A stretch of 64,000 nt of DNA from Thermoplasmata archaeon (GCA_041559015.1 JBFFED010000001.1:2361-66360), one strand, 5' to 3'; counted from the stretch's first letter, positions 17,485-27,706 are shown. Notes: generated from the sequence alone by a model not told the origin. A program made the numbers and translations.

Positions 17485-18735
17485 ATGACACGGGGGTCCG
17501 ATGACTGCTCCAGACCGTCCAGGAAGAGGCGCATACTGGCCGGCATCAGCACGAACGTCCTCGTGCTTGGGATAGTCAGCCTGCTCACGGACATGAGCAG
17601 TGAGATGATCTATCCGATCATGCCCCTGTTCCTGACGGCGATAGGGGCCAGCGGGCTCGTCATCGGCCTGATAGAGGGCGCCTCCGAGACGACCGCGTCA
17701 CTGATCAAGGTGTTCTCCGGGTGGTACTCTGACAGGTACAGGAGGAGGAAGCCGTTCATCCTCGCAGGGTACGGCTCGAGCTCTGCGGTGAAACCCGTCC
17801 TCTACTTGGCGACCGCTCCGTGGCACGTACTCGGTCTCAAGATAATGGAGCGCGTGGGCAAGGGCGTGAGAAGCGCTCCGAGGGACGCCCTCATCGCCGA
17901 CTCCACGGACAGCGCGTACCGCGGGAGGGCTTTCGGGTTCCACAAGGCCATGGACTCGACCGGCGCGGTCATAGGCCCGCTGCTCGTCCTCCCCGTGCTC
18001 GTGGCCGCAGCGGCGGTCACCACCGACACCTACAGGCTCATCTTCCTCATCTCAGCGATCCCCGCATTTGTTGCGGTCGCGATAATAGTCCTGTTCTTGC
18101 GGGACAAGAAGACCGACCATGCCGACAAGATCGACAAGATGTTCAAGGAGATGAGGCACCTCGGAGACAGGTTCTACCTGCTCCTCATGGTCATCGTGGT
18201 GTTCTACATCGGCGAGATAAGCTACGCGTTCTTCATCCTGAGGGCGATGGACGAGGGCTTCACGGTGTTTGGGCTCGGCGTAGACGCCTCGATTATTCTG
18301 CTGTACGTCACCCTGAACCTATTCTTCGTACTCTTCGCGCTACTGACTGGCGGGATATCGGACAGGATCGGGAGGAAACCCGTCATAGCGGCATCATTTG
18401 TCATCTTCGCATTGACATGCGTGGTCATGACGATGACGGGGTCCTACATGCTGCTGGTGCTCGGGTTCGCGATGTTCGGGGTCTACAAGGGCTCGTCCGA
18501 AGGGGTGCTCAAGGCGTATGTCATCGATGTCGTTCCGAAGGGGCTGAGGGGGACCGCAATGGGAGCGTTCCATACGGCCGTAGGGCTGGTCATGCTGCCG
18601 GGGGGCATAATGGCAGGGTTCCTGTGGGACAGCTACGGACATTGGGCGACCTTCGCCTATGGCGCGTCCGCCGCGTTGTTGGCCCTGGTGCTCCTAATCG
18701 TGATAGCTCCCGATGTGGACAAGAAGGCCGGCTAA
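17485..18735 (+). CDS. MFS transporter
   Basis: 12 predicted TM segments. MFS signature-like loop (…GWYSDRYRRRKPF…). ATG at about 17485 is internal to the track ORF. Confidence 0.8.
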   Translation: MTRGSDDCSRPSRKRRILAGISTNVLVLGIVSLLTDMSSEMIYPIMPLFLTAIGASGLVIGLIEGASETTASLIKVFSGWYSDRYRRRKPFILAGYGSSSAVKPVLYLATAPWHVLGLKIMERVGKGVRSAPRDALIADSTDSAYRGRAFGFHKAMDSTGAVIGPLLVLPVLVAAAAVTTDTYRLIFLISAIPAFVAVAIIVLFLRDKKTDHADKIDKMFKEMRHLGDRFYLLLMVIVVFYIGEISYAFFILRAMDEGFTVFGLGVDASIILLYVTLNLFFVLFALLTGGISDRIGRKPVIAASFVIFALTCVVMTMTGSYMLLVLGFAMFGVYKGSSEGVLKAYVIDVVPKGLRGTAMGAFHTAVGLVMLPGGIMAGFLWDSYGHWATFAYGASAALLALVLLIVIAPDVDKKAG

Positions 18736-18801
18736 CCATCCTCGGGGGACATGGGGCCAGACATGGCCGTGAACGGCCCCCATCACCTCTGAGATAGATT
18801 C

Positions 18802-19812
18802 TTGAGAGGCCCGCGGATATCCCCCCTGAGCCCGAAGGGGGGCACCGATCTGAAGATCAGCAAGAACCTCGCGTACGGCCTCATAGCCCTCGCCGCCGTC
18901 ATGTGGGCCAGCTCAGGCACTTTCACCGAGCTCGCCCTAGACGCGGGGGCGCGGGTGATGCAAGTCACTGTCTTCGCCTCCGTGTTCACAACGCTGATAC
19001 TGCTCCCCGCCATCGGCGTCTTCGACCCGAGATCCCTCTGGATAAGGAGGAAGGATTTCCTGCCGATGCTCGTCTTCAGCCTCATAACCGGCACATTCTT
19101 CTCCATCGCATGGTACATGTGCATCGACCTCACGGGCGTCGCCACCGCGGTCGTGCTCCTGTACGCCTACCCGAGCATCGTCACCGTCGCGTCCATCTTC
19201 CTGCTCGGCGAGAAGCTCACCCTCGGCAAGGCCCTGGCCCTGCCCCTCACATTCATCGGCTGCGTCCTGGTCGCTGGCGCGAGCGACCTCGAGACGGGCT
19301 TCTCCTTCAACCTGGCAGGGATAGCGCTCGGGATATACACCGCGCTCGCGGCGACCGTCTACTACATCTGGGGGAAGAAGTTCCTGGACAAGTACTCGGC
19401 CAACACGGTGATACTCTACATGACCGCGCTCTCGATACCGGGCATCATACTGATAGCCAACCCCATGACCATCCTGGAGAACCACATATCCGGCGAGGCG
19501 TGGGCGTACATATTCGCCATCGGGCTCTTCCCCGGCACGATAGGGTTCGTCGTGTCCATGGTAGCGCTCAGATACATCGAGGCGAGCAAGGCGAGCATAG
19601 TCGCGAGCATAGAGCCTGTGGCCGCAGTTGTCATCGCGGTCCTGGTGATCGCGGATGTGATCACCCTCCTGCAGGGGGTGGGGGTTGGGCTCGTATTCGT
19701 GGGTGTGCTCCTCCTAAGGCTGACGAGGAAGGACAAGGACGAAGGACCCAGGGTACCGTTGGGCCCTGACAATCCGGACGATGAAAAACAGGATATATCC
19801 ACCAGGGTATGA
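18802..19812 (+). CDS. DMT-superfamily (EamA-like) transporter
   Basis: Two EamA-like 5-TM repeats. Hydrophobic throughout. TTG start per the ORF track; start is uncertain. Confidence 0.75.
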   Translation: MRGPRISPLSPKGGTDLKISKNLAYGLIALAAVMWASSGTFTELALDAGARVMQVTVFASVFTTLILLPAIGVFDPRSLWIRRKDFLPMLVFSLITGTFFSIAWYMCIDLTGVATAVVLLYAYPSIVTVASIFLLGEKLTLGKALALPLTFIGCVLVAGASDLETGFSFNLAGIALGIYTALAATVYYIWGKKFLDKYSANTVILYMTALSIPGIILIANPMTILENHISGEAWAYIFAIGLFPGTIGFVVSMVALRYIEASKASIVASIEPVAAVVIAVLVIADVITLLQGVGVGLVFVGVLLLRLTRKDKDEGPRVPLGPDNPDDEKQDISTRV

Positions 19813-19822
19813 CAGGGACGAG

Positions 19823-20575
19823 ATGATCGTCTCCCGCGCGCCCAGCGGACTCCCCGGCCTCGACGCGCTCATCCACGGAGGGATACCTGTCAACTCGACG
19901 GTCGCCCTCAGGGCCGAGCCGTCGAACCCGACCGAGTACTTCCAGCAGCAGTTCCTCGTCGAGGGGCTCAAGAGAGGCGCCCCGGCCATATACTGTTGCA
20001 CCAACAGGCCCGTGGGCAATGTTATCAGGAGCCTCTGGCACCAGGGGTTCGACGTCCTGGAACAGGTCGCGAACGACCAGCTGGTGTTCCTCGACTGCTA
20101 CTCGATGACCAAGGAGACTGTCGCCATCGGGGTCGACCAGTGGGTGCACAAGAAGATACTTCACGTGTCTCAGACAGATGACGAGAAGCAGCTCCAGGAG
20201 GTACTCGCCGAGGCGGTCGACAGGCTCCACACCCTGAGGGGGTTGCGGACGGTCTGCGAGAGCGTCCCCGCGACACTCAGGGGCTCGAGCGCGGTCGAGA
20301 TCATGAGGTGGGGCAGGAAGGCCTTCGGGGAGCTCAGGGCGTTCGATACCGTGACGCTGCACACATTCCCTATTGGCGTCCGGGATGAGCTCTTCACCCT
20401 GATGGCCCAGGACTTCGACGCGGTCATCGACATCACGCCCGACAGGAGCACTGACAGGGTCAGGTACTACCTCGGCATCCAGAAGATGCGCATGACCGAC
20501 CTCCCGGTCAAGCTCTTCGAGCTGGAGACCGAGGGCAGCCTCCTCACACTGAAGACAATCCAGAAGATCACTTGA
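19823..20575 (+). CDS. KaiC-like RecA-superfamily protein with degenerate Walker A (probable pseudo-ATPase)
   Basis: GLPGLDALIHGGIP… opening and overall KaiC-like-domain pattern. At the position of GxxGxGKT the sequence is RAEPSNPTEY. C-terminal …RYYLGIQKMRMTD… resembles archaeal KaiC-like proteins. Confidence 0.65.
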   Translation: MIVSRAPSGLPGLDALIHGGIPVNSTVALRAEPSNPTEYFQQQFLVEGLKRGAPAIYCCTNRPVGNVIRSLWHQGFDVLEQVANDQLVFLDCYSMTKETVAIGVDQWVHKKILHVSQTDDEKQLQEVLAEAVDRLHTLRGLRTVCESVPATLRGSSAVEIMRWGRKAFGELRAFDTVTLHTFPIGVRDELFTLMAQDFDAVIDITPDRSTDRVRYYLGIQKMRMTDLPVKLFELETEGSLLTLKTIQKIT

Positions 20576-20581
20576 GCACGC

Positions 20582-21292
20582 CTAGGAGAGCGTGAACAGC
20601 CTGATGCCGAGGAGCTCGAGCACTGCGAATATGATGAACGCCCTGTTCACTCCCGCAAGGAAGTTCGCGAGTGCGAAGTCGCGCAGGCGCATGAGCGTCC
20701 CCTCCTCGTTGAGTATCGAGAACAGGTAGAGCGGGACCGTGTCTATCATGCCTGGGATGGACATGATGACGTACATCGCGACGATGCCGTACCTGCGAAC
20801 GAATCTCTCGCTCTTTGCGGAGAGCCAACCGGGAGCCCGCCCCTCCGGTGGCCTGCCGAAAGCCCTCTCGAGAGAGCGCCTGACCGGGACATGGGCCGAG
20901 GCCGTCCTTCCCAGGGCTGCAGATCCCCCCGAACGATGGACAGCGGACTCTATCCTGTCCATGACCGCGTCCGCCTTCCGCAGGATCCAGCCGAAGAAAC
21001 TCCTCCCCGAGAGCCTGCGCAACGCGCTGTCTATCTTGGCGCCTATGTAGAAGACGACGATAGCGCCGACACCCTTGCCCAGGCCGAGGACTAACGCCTT
21101 GACCGGGAAGAACATGCCCGGGTTCCAGATGAGGGCGAACTCGATTGGTATCGGCAGGATGATCGCCGCGGCGACCGAGAGCAGGAAGAATATGAGCAGA
21201 TAGGTGCCCGGATCCGCCTGGTTGTTCATCAGGAAATCCATCAACTGGTCCAGGTACTCTCCGACCGATGCCATGGGCGCACAGGCAATCAT
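20582..21292 (-). CDS. DedA/TVP38-family membrane protein
   Basis: Multi-TM protein. Pattern …LPIPIEFALIW… and family-like G-rich loops. Alternative-frame ORF 20568..21326 rejected. Confidence 0.65.
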   Translation of the reverse strand: MIACAPMASVGEYLDQLMDFLMNNQADPGTYLLIFFLLSVAAAIILPIPIEFALIWNPGMFFPVKALVLGLGKGVGAIVVFYIGAKIDSALRRLSGRSFFGWILRKADAVMDRIESAVHRSGGSAALGRTASAHVPVRRSLERAFGRPPEGRAPGWLSAKSERFVRRYGIVAMYVIMSIPGMIDTVPLYLFSILNEEGTLMRLRDFALANFLAGVNRAFIIFAVLELLGIRLFTLS

Positions 21293-21441
21293 CTGCGCTT
21301 ACTTCTAGGTATCTGCGGAGTGCCACCCGCGCGCGTGCACATGAGGACGAAAACAGGCCGAGCCAGAAAATTAAAGTGCGTTACGAATAAATACCAAAGG
21401 CTTATATTCCCGCAATAGCATCACCTCAACCGGGATGTACG

Positions 21442-22047
21442 ATGGCTAAGCCCGAAGGGAAGGAAGAGGACTGGTTCTCCCAGCTGGATGAGGAACTCGA
21501 GAAGAAGACCGTCCAGATCACCGACAACTTCGTAGAGCAGAACTCCAAGAAGGGAGATATCAACAAGATGCTCCTTGAGGACTTTTTCAGGATATGGAGC
21601 AGGTTCAACAAGATCAACGTGCACTTCACGATGGCCCCTGAGGCCTCCACATTCGCCACCTTCGCGGTGTATCCCGAGCAGTGGCAGTTCAAGGCCAACT
21701 TCGACTTCGCGGGCGTCGACAACGCGTCCCTGACGGACAGGACCCAGAACAGGGTCGGGGACTCCGTCAAGATCTGGTACTACAACGTCGACAGCCAAAC
21801 GCACTTCCGGATGATCTTCGAGTTCTGCGAGGGCGAGCACTACTATAAGTACGCCGGCTGGAAGAGGATCTTCTCACAGTACGTCCTCCTGGACGTGCCA
21901 GTGATGAAGTTCGACGAGAAGAAGTTTCACGAAGCGCTTGCCGACGTCGTCAAGACCTGGTACGAGAGCCACCTGAGGCGCGACAGGGACATCATCCTGA
22001 AGCACATCAGGGAGAAGTACGAGAAGGCCGAGACATTCACCCAATGA
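21442..22047 (+). CDS. Hypothetical protein (aromatic-rich, no recognised domain)
   Basis: Clean ORF with ATG start. AT-rich TATA-like box (cttatatt) about 35 nt upstream. Coding-like composition. Confidence 0.55.
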   Translation: MAKPEGKEEDWFSQLDEELEKKTVQITDNFVEQNSKKGDINKMLLEDFFRIWSRFNKINVHFTMAPEASTFATFAVYPEQWQFKANFDFAGVDNASLTDRTQNRVGDSVKIWYYNVDSQTHFRMIFEFCEGEHYYKYAGWKRIFSQYVLLDVPVMKFDEKKFHEALADVVKTWYESHLRRDRDIILKHIREKYEKAETFTQ

Positions 22048-23326
22048 CGTGTTTCGGACACTTCTGCGTCCCGGGTGCCGAGAAGTAGTATTCCATCAGG
22101 CACTCCACCCATCTTGACCCGTCCACCAGGTCGAGTCCGATATCGTGGTAGACGAACTGCATCGCCCATTTCCACGATTCTCCGTTGTACGAGGCTAGGC
22201 TGGGCGGGAAGTTGATGTTGAGCCCGCTCGGCACGCCCATGAACCTGTAGCTGCTCCCGTTGTTGAGCAACGCGGCCTCGAAGGCCGCCTGGAACTCCGC
22301 GATGGCGATGTCCAGCGTCGGGTCTATCCCGATCAGGCCCTCGAAGAGCGAGTACGCGTCAGGGAGGTATTCCCAGCCGCCTATGTTCGCCCACATGCCA
22401 TTGAGCGCCAGGTCCCGGACTGCCATTATCGTATCCGCGTTGTCGGCCACCAACGGTTCGAGCGCCTCGGTCATACGTATGAACGCCGCCCCGAACTCGT
22501 CCATTAGCGACATGTCGAATGCGGAGAACGCCACGAAGTCCTTGTCGTACGGGTTGATGTGCTCGTAGAGGGTCTTCGAGCTGTAGTACTCCATGTACAT
22601 GTCGACCATGTCGTGCGCGAGTTCTTCCGGAGACATCTCGGGCTCCGCCACGAGCGCCTCGACAATCATCTGGTATGGCAGGCCGTCATAGGGCACCACC
22701 AGTTGCGAGGCCGCGAACCAGCCAACGGTATCCCGGAGCTCGTACGCGATCTCCACCGCAGCAACACTGCACGCGTCGAGGGCGAGCAGATCCACGCCGA
22801 CGCCGTCGTTCGCGTCCCTGGCATCCCTGATTGCCTGGGCCATGTCGTCTATGAGCATGATCCCTCCGCCGTCCGTGTCGTCCAGGCACACGCCGCGCCA
22901 CGAGTATCCGTGGTCCTGTATGACCAGCAGAGTCTTCTCCGCAGGGTAGTTCTTGAGGCCGTAGTCAATGAACCTCTTGAGCGTCGCCGGGTCGGATGAG
23001 TTCAGCTCCTCCCAGGTCTGCACCGTGAAACACTCGCCGTCGTGTATGTCGTAGACCCATGTGCCGTCCTCCGAAAGGATGTCCACATAGGCGACCAGGT
23101 TCACATCGTCGTCGGATGTGAGCGCTGCCTTCCAGGTCTTGATCGCGAACTCTGTGCAGAACTCGAGGTTATTGTCCGCGTCCCAGTACATGAGCAATGT
23201 CCATTCCTTGACCGGTTCCTCTGTGACCGGTTTGTCCTCGGCGAGCGCAACGGCCGCGCTCGGCAAGGAGAACAACAAGACCACGGTCGCGCATAGCAGA
23301 AGCTCGCCAAATCCAAGACCCTTCAT
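22037..23326 (-). CDS. Secreted clostripain-like cysteine peptidase (MEROPS C11 family)
   Basis: Signal peptide (MKGLGFGELLLCATVVLLFSLPSAAVALA). …MYWDADNNLE…LLVIQDHGYSW…DLLALDACSVAA… gives the His/Cys dyad context of C11 peptidases. Confidence 0.8.
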   Translation of the reverse strand: MKGLGFGELLLCATVVLLFSLPSAAVALAEDKPVTEEPVKEWTLLMYWDADNNLEFCTEFAIKTWKAALTSDDDVNLVAYVDILSEDGTWVYDIHDGECFTVQTWEELNSSDPATLKRFIDYGLKNYPAEKTLLVIQDHGYSWRGVCLDDTDGGGIMLIDDMAQAIRDARDANDGVGVDLLALDACSVAAVEIAYELRDTVGWFAASQLVVPYDGLPYQMIVEALVAEPEMSPEELAHDMVDMYMEYYSSKTLYEHINPYDKDFVAFSAFDMSLMDEFGAAFIRMTEALEPLVADNADTIMAVRDLALNGMWANIGGWEYLPDAYSLFEGLIGIDPTLDIAIAEFQAAFEAALLNNGSSYRFMGVPSGLNINFPPSLASYNGESWKWAMQFVYHDIGLDLVDGSRWVECLMEYYFSAPGTQKCPKHVIG

Positions 23327-23490
23327 ACTGATCCCCCAAGGCTGATACTGAGGCACCATGACGGCTCCGCGCTATATTAAGTCCGTGATTTCGATGGGGT
23401 AGTCAGTACGCAGAAACGTACGTCGGAGGCATGCTGCGGACCGGGCCTTCCGGAGGACGGCGAAGCAGGGGAGAAGAGACGACGCGAGAC

Positions 23491-24114
23491 TCAGGCCCTC
23501 GCCAGCTTGACCAGCCGACGAGTGAGCGCCCCGCCCATGACCGATATGTCCTCCGTCGGGAGCACCTTGCCCGTGTTCGCGTCGAAGAGGATGTTGGCCG
23601 CCGCAGGGACCTCCTCGTCCCCAAGCCAGAGCACGACGACCACGGGCGTCCTCGGGAAGAAGTCCACCTTGAATCCGACAGACCCCACATCTACAGGCTC
23701 GCCCCTCATGGCCTCCCCGATCCCCTTCAATAGGGCCGGCTTTTCACCGAACTCCTTGACGATGACATCCATCGTGCGGGCCTTGAACGCGGGGTAGTAG
23801 ATCGCCCCGCCCTCGAAATCGCGGAAGGTCACCAGCCTGTTGGCCAGCTGGGCCCTGTCTGCGCCTTCGAGATAGTGAAGCACGAGTATCTGCAGGTGCG
23901 GCGGGACCTCCTGACCGCCGGGGCCGAGGTATGCCATGGTCTTGGCCCCGAGGTCGATAGCGCAGTCCTTGTCCATGATCCTCAACACAAGGTTCTTCGT
24001 GCCGGGGACCACGGACAGGTCGAGTGTCTCAGACAGGTGCTTGGAGCTCAGGTATGATGCCTTCTCCCATGCGCCCCTGAGGGGCTCGAGGTTGGCCGGC
24101 TTCTTCAGGTCCAA
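23491..24114 (-). CDS. DUF3786-like protein, co-transcribed downstream of acsE
   Basis: About 207 aa. Sits 16 nt after the acsE stop. Size and cluster context match DUF3786 proteins seen in CODH/ACS and corrinoid gene clusters. TTG start per the track. Confidence 0.5.
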   Translation of the reverse strand: MDLKKPANLEPLRGAWEKASYLSSKHLSETLDLSVVPGTKNLVLRIMDKDCAIDLGAKTMAYLGPGGQEVPPHLQILVLHYLEGADRAQLANRLVTFRDFEGGAIYYPAFKARTMDVIVKEFGEKPALLKGIGEAMRGEPVDVGSVGFKVDFFPRTPVVVVLWLGDEEVPAAANILFDANTGKVLPTEDISVMGGALTRRLVKLARA

Positions 24115-24130
24115 TCGGCTCTCCTCCTGG

Positions 24131-24901
24131 TCACGCCCTGAGGAACGAGTGGGCGTAGAGCTTCTGGTTCAGGAGCACCTCGGATGCCTTGACGACCTTC
24201 ATCAGCTCGACATCGTTCGGGTCGACTATCGCCGCGTCGAGGCCGCGCCCCAGCAGCATGGCGAGGTAGGTCCTGTTCAGCAGGCTGCGCTCCTCGGCCC
24301 CGCTCGAAACGTTGCTCAGGCCGACTATCGTCTTCGGGGGAGGCGTGTTGAGAGTTCTGAACGCTGTCAGGGCCTCGCCCAGGACCGGGCACTGCGCCTG
24401 CGCGGCCGATATCGGCAGGACCACCGGGTCGAGGTACACCTTCTCCGGGGAGACGCCCTTGTCCATGGCGGTCGCGAGGAGCGTCATGGCTATCTCCGTC
24501 CTCCCCTCGACCGAGTTCGGGATGCCCTTCTCGTCGATCGTGAGGCAGACGATATCTGCGTTGTGCTCCGCGGCCAGCGGGAAGAACTTCTCCATGCGCT
24601 TCTGCTCAGCGGTCGTGGAGTTTATCATCGGGTCCTTCTTGCAGAGCGCGAGTCCGGCCTGTTGGACCTTCAGCCCTGGCGAGTCGATGCACAGGCGCAC
24701 ATCGGCAATGTCCTGGACCGTCTTAACCAGCCAGGCCATGGCATCCGGCCCGTCGTCCCTGCCTGGACCGGTGTTGATGTCCAGCACTCCCGCGCCGCCC
24801 TTGATCTGCTCCAAGGCCAGGTCCTGGACGAACTTGGCGTCCCTGGCATCGATGGCCTTCGAAACCTGTGGAAACTGACCGTTTATCCTCTCCCCCACCA
24901 C
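24131..24901 (-). CDS. acsE: Methyltetrahydrofolate:corrinoid/iron-sulfur protein methyltransferase (AcsE; pterin-binding DHPS-like barrel)
   Basis: MVGERINGQF…GAGVLDINTG…DAMAWLVKTVQ…DVRLCIDSP… parallels Moorella AcsE (LIGEKING…YLDVNAG…MEWLVRVVQ…DVPLCIDSP). 256 aa. Confidence 0.85.
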   Translation of the reverse strand: MVGERINGQFPQVSKAIDARDAKFVQDLALEQIKGGAGVLDINTGPGRDDGPDAMAWLVKTVQDIADVRLCIDSPGLKVQQAGLALCKKDPMINSTTAEQKRMEKFFPLAAEHNADIVCLTIDEKGIPNSVEGRTEIAMTLLATAMDKGVSPEKVYLDPVVLPISAAQAQCPVLGEALTAFRTLNTPPPKTIVGLSNVSSGAEERSLLNRTYLAMLLGRGLDAAIVDPNDVELMKVVKASEVLLNQKLYAHSFLRA

Positions 24902-25046
24902 TATCGTGTACTTACCCCCCTGGGTGAGAGAGGAGTACGACCTTCATCGCATATCAATTGCTCGCCCGTGCCTACCCTTGGCAGGGGCCGCCCGTCTGCG
25001 CAACAGTTATTAGCCACGCATCCCGTTCACACGGAATTGGTTCTCG

Positions 25047-26948
25047 ATGAGAGGGGGATCTGCTAGGAGGAGCCACAAAATAGTATTCGTGGAGGACCGC
25101 AAGGAGGTCGTGCTCGAGGAGGGCAGGACCGTCCTCGAGGCCTGTCAGGCTGCGGGCATACCCATAGACTCCGTGTGCGGCGGCCGAGGTAAGTGCGGCA
25201 GGTGCAAGGTCAGGGTAACCGGGCACTTCTCCGCGGACCCGAGCCCACTGCTCTCGGAGGCAGAACGGCGCGAGGGGATTGTCCTCGCGTGCCTCGCGAG
25301 GGGTCAGGGGCACCTCAAGGTGCATGTGCTCCCCCGCTCCCGGCTGACGAAACATCAGATACTCACGACCTCGGCCGAGGAGCTGCCAGACCCCATCGCG
25401 CCATGGTGCTGGAAGGAGTTCATCGAGCTCCCCCCGGCGACGCTCTCGGACAACATCGCGGACCTGGAGAGGTTGGCAAGGGCGATGGGCGGAAGGCAGC
25501 TGTCTGTCCCCCTGGAGACCCTCAGGGAGCTCCCGGGGGCGCTCAGGGAGGGCGGATGGAAGGTCACCGTCACGATGTCCGACCTCGGGCGCGGCCCGGA
25601 GGTGGTCAGGGTGGAGCCAGGGGACACTCGCGCTAGGCTTCTCGGGATTGCGGTGGACGTCGGCACGACCACCATAGTCGTCGACCTCGTCGACCTCCTC
25701 ACCGGGAAAGTGCTGGGGACCGCATCAGACTATAACAGGCAGGTCTCCAGAGGGGAGGACGTCATCGCTCGCATGATGCACAGCGAGGAAACGGGCGTGG
25801 AAGATCTCACCGCGCTGGCGAGGGAAACCGTCAACTCGTGCATCGAGTCCCTCCTAGCCGACGAGTCCAGGAGGGCCGGCAAGGCAGTCTCCGCCCAGGA
25901 CATCGTCTCGGCCTCGGTCGCGGGCAACACCGTGATGACACACTTCTTCGCTTGCCTGTCGACCGGGCACGTGCGGCTGGAACCCTACGTTCCAGTGGTG
26001 CACAGGATGCCGGAGTTGAGCGGCGCGGACCTCGGGATGCTCATGAACCACTCGGGGAAGGTCCTGCTGTTCCCTTCCCGAGCCGGGTACGTCGGCGGCG
26101 ATGTCGTGGCGGACGTGCTCGCGAGCGGCATGCACAGGTCGGGCAGGCTCTCGCTCCTGATCGATGTAGGCACGAACGGAGAGGTGGTGCTCGGCACGAA
26201 GGACTGGATCATCACGTGCTCGTGCTCTGCCGGCCCTGCGTTCGAGGGGGCCGAGGTGTCCTGCGGCATGAGGGCCATGGAGGGCGCGATCGACCGCATA
26301 AGGATAAACGATGACCTGTCGACGACATACCACGTGATAGGAGGAGGGCCTCCCCTGGGAATCTGCGGCTCCGGCCTGATAGACCTCCTCTCCGAGATGT
26401 ACACGCACGGGGTCATCGACCGCAAGGCCAGGATACAGGAGCTCGGAGGTGGCAGGACGGTGCCCTCGGAGTCAGGCCTCGCATTCGTCGTCGAGAGGAA
26501 GGAGGAGCTGGGGAACGGAGCGCCGTCGGACATGACGATAACCGATGCCGACCTCCAGAACCTGCTAAGGACGAAGGCGGCGATATACGGTGCTTGCGCG
26601 GTCCTGCTGCGTAAGACCGGGGAGTCGCTCGATGGCATCCACAGGGTGTTCATAGCTGGCGGGTTCGGATACCACCTGGACATCGAGCGCGCGATATCCA
26701 TCGGGATGTTCCCCGACCTGCCCCGGAGGAAGTACACGTTCATAGGCAACGGCGCCCTGGGCGGCGCGAGGCTCGGGCTGTTGTCCAGGAAACGCAGGAA
26801 GGAGGCCGTGGACATCTTCGAGAAGATGACCTACCTGGAGCTGAGCGTCGACAACGAATTCTACAACGAGTTCTCCTCCTCGCTCTTCATACCGCACACA
26901 GACCTGAGCCAGTTCCCCAGCGTGGGCAAGTCGGGGGAGGATGCGTGA
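25047..26948 (+). CDS. Reductive activator of corrinoid Fe-S protein (RACo-like: N-terminal 2Fe-2S ferredoxin plus ASKHA ATPase domain)
   Basis: Plant-type ferredoxin Cys pattern (CGGRGKCGRCKV…LAC). About 500-aa ASKHA/DUF4445-like region with nucleotide-binding Gly loops (…IDVGTNGEVV…, …GICGSG…). Stop overlaps the cooC GTG start. Confidence 0.85.
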   Translation: MRGGSARRSHKIVFVEDRKEVVLEEGRTVLEACQAAGIPIDSVCGGRGKCGRCKVRVTGHFSADPSPLLSEAERREGIVLACLARGQGHLKVHVLPRSRLTKHQILTTSAEELPDPIAPWCWKEFIELPPATLSDNIADLERLARAMGGRQLSVPLETLRELPGALREGGWKVTVTMSDLGRGPEVVRVEPGDTRARLLGIAVDVGTTTIVVDLVDLLTGKVLGTASDYNRQVSRGEDVIARMMHSEETGVEDLTALARETVNSCIESLLADESRRAGKAVSAQDIVSASVAGNTVMTHFFACLSTGHVRLEPYVPVVHRMPELSGADLGMLMNHSGKVLLFPSRAGYVGGDVVADVLASGMHRSGRLSLLIDVGTNGEVVLGTKDWIITCSCSAGPAFEGAEVSCGMRAMEGAIDRIRINDDLSTTYHVIGGGPPLGICGSGLIDLLSEMYTHGVIDRKARIQELGGGRTVPSESGLAFVVERKEELGNGAPSDMTITDADLQNLLRTKAAIYGACAVLLRKTGESLDGIHRVFIAGGFGYHLDIERAISIGMFPDLPRRKYTFIGNGALGGARLGLLSRKRRKEAVDIFEKMTYLELSVDNEFYNEFSSSLFIPHTDLSQFPSVGKSGEDA

Positions 26949-27703
26949 CATTCACTTTCGCTGTGACCGGCAAGGGAGGGGTGGGCAAGACCACCTTCGC
27001 AGCGCTTGCGATCAGGCACATACACGAGGCGACGAAGGAGGTCGTGCTGGCGGTCGACGCCGACCCCAACGCGAACCTCGGGGCGAAGCTGGGGACCGAG
27101 CCCGCGAAAACCTTGGGCGGCATCCGGGAGGACATGCTCGCCAGGGGTGAGGACGAGCCTCCGGCGGGGGTCTCGAAGCAGGAGCATCTGGACTACCAGA
27201 TACGCCTGGCCGTCAAGGAGGGGACAGGCTTCGACCTCCTGACCATGGGGAGGCAGGAGGGGCCGGGGTGCTACTGCTATGTCAACAACATGCTCCGGAA
27301 CATCGTCGACTCCCTCTCGGACAGGTACAAGTACGTGGTCATAGACAACGAAGCGGGCATGGAGCACCTCAGCAGGAGGACCACGAAGGCCTCGGACGCG
27401 ATGTTCGTCCTGTGTGACAGGAGCAGGGGCTCCTTGGCCGCCGCGCAGAGGATATCCCAGCTGGCGGACGAGATGAAGATCCAGATATCGAGGAAAGCGC
27501 TGGTCTTCAACGGGCTCGACCCCGGCGCGGAAGGGCCGCCGTCACAGGCGGTTGAGAGATTCCATGCGGTCTATGGGGTGCGCAGATCGGGGAGGATACT
27601 CTCGAGCGCGGAGGAGACGGAGTCCCTCATGGGGATACCCAGGACCGACCCCGCCTTCACTGACATCGCTAGGGCCGTGGACGCCGAGAGGCTCCGGCGG
27701 TGA
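26945..27703 (+). CDS. cooC: CODH nickel-insertion accessory ATPase CooC (MinD/ParA-type)
   Basis: Deviant Walker A VTGKGGVGKTT. CooC-specific CxC metal motif GPGCYCYVNN. About 250 aa. Confidence 0.85.
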   Translation: MTFTFAVTGKGGVGKTTFAALAIRHIHEATKEVVLAVDADPNANLGAKLGTEPAKTLGGIREDMLARGEDEPPAGVSKQEHLDYQIRLAVKEGTGFDLLTMGRQEGPGCYCYVNNMLRNIVDSLSDRYKYVVIDNEAGMEHLSRRTTKASDAMFVLCDRSRGSLAAAQRISQLADEMKIQISRKALVFNGLDPGAEGPPSQAVERFHAVYGVRRSGRILSSAEETESLMGIPRTDPAFTDIARAVDAERLRR

Positions 27704-27706
27704 AAC

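Noticed and set aside
20568-21326. 252-aa minus-strand ORF in an alternate frame to the DedA-family gene
   Set aside because: The 20582..21292 frame gives a hydrophobic multi-TM protein. This frame gives Arg/Gly/Pro-rich sequence.
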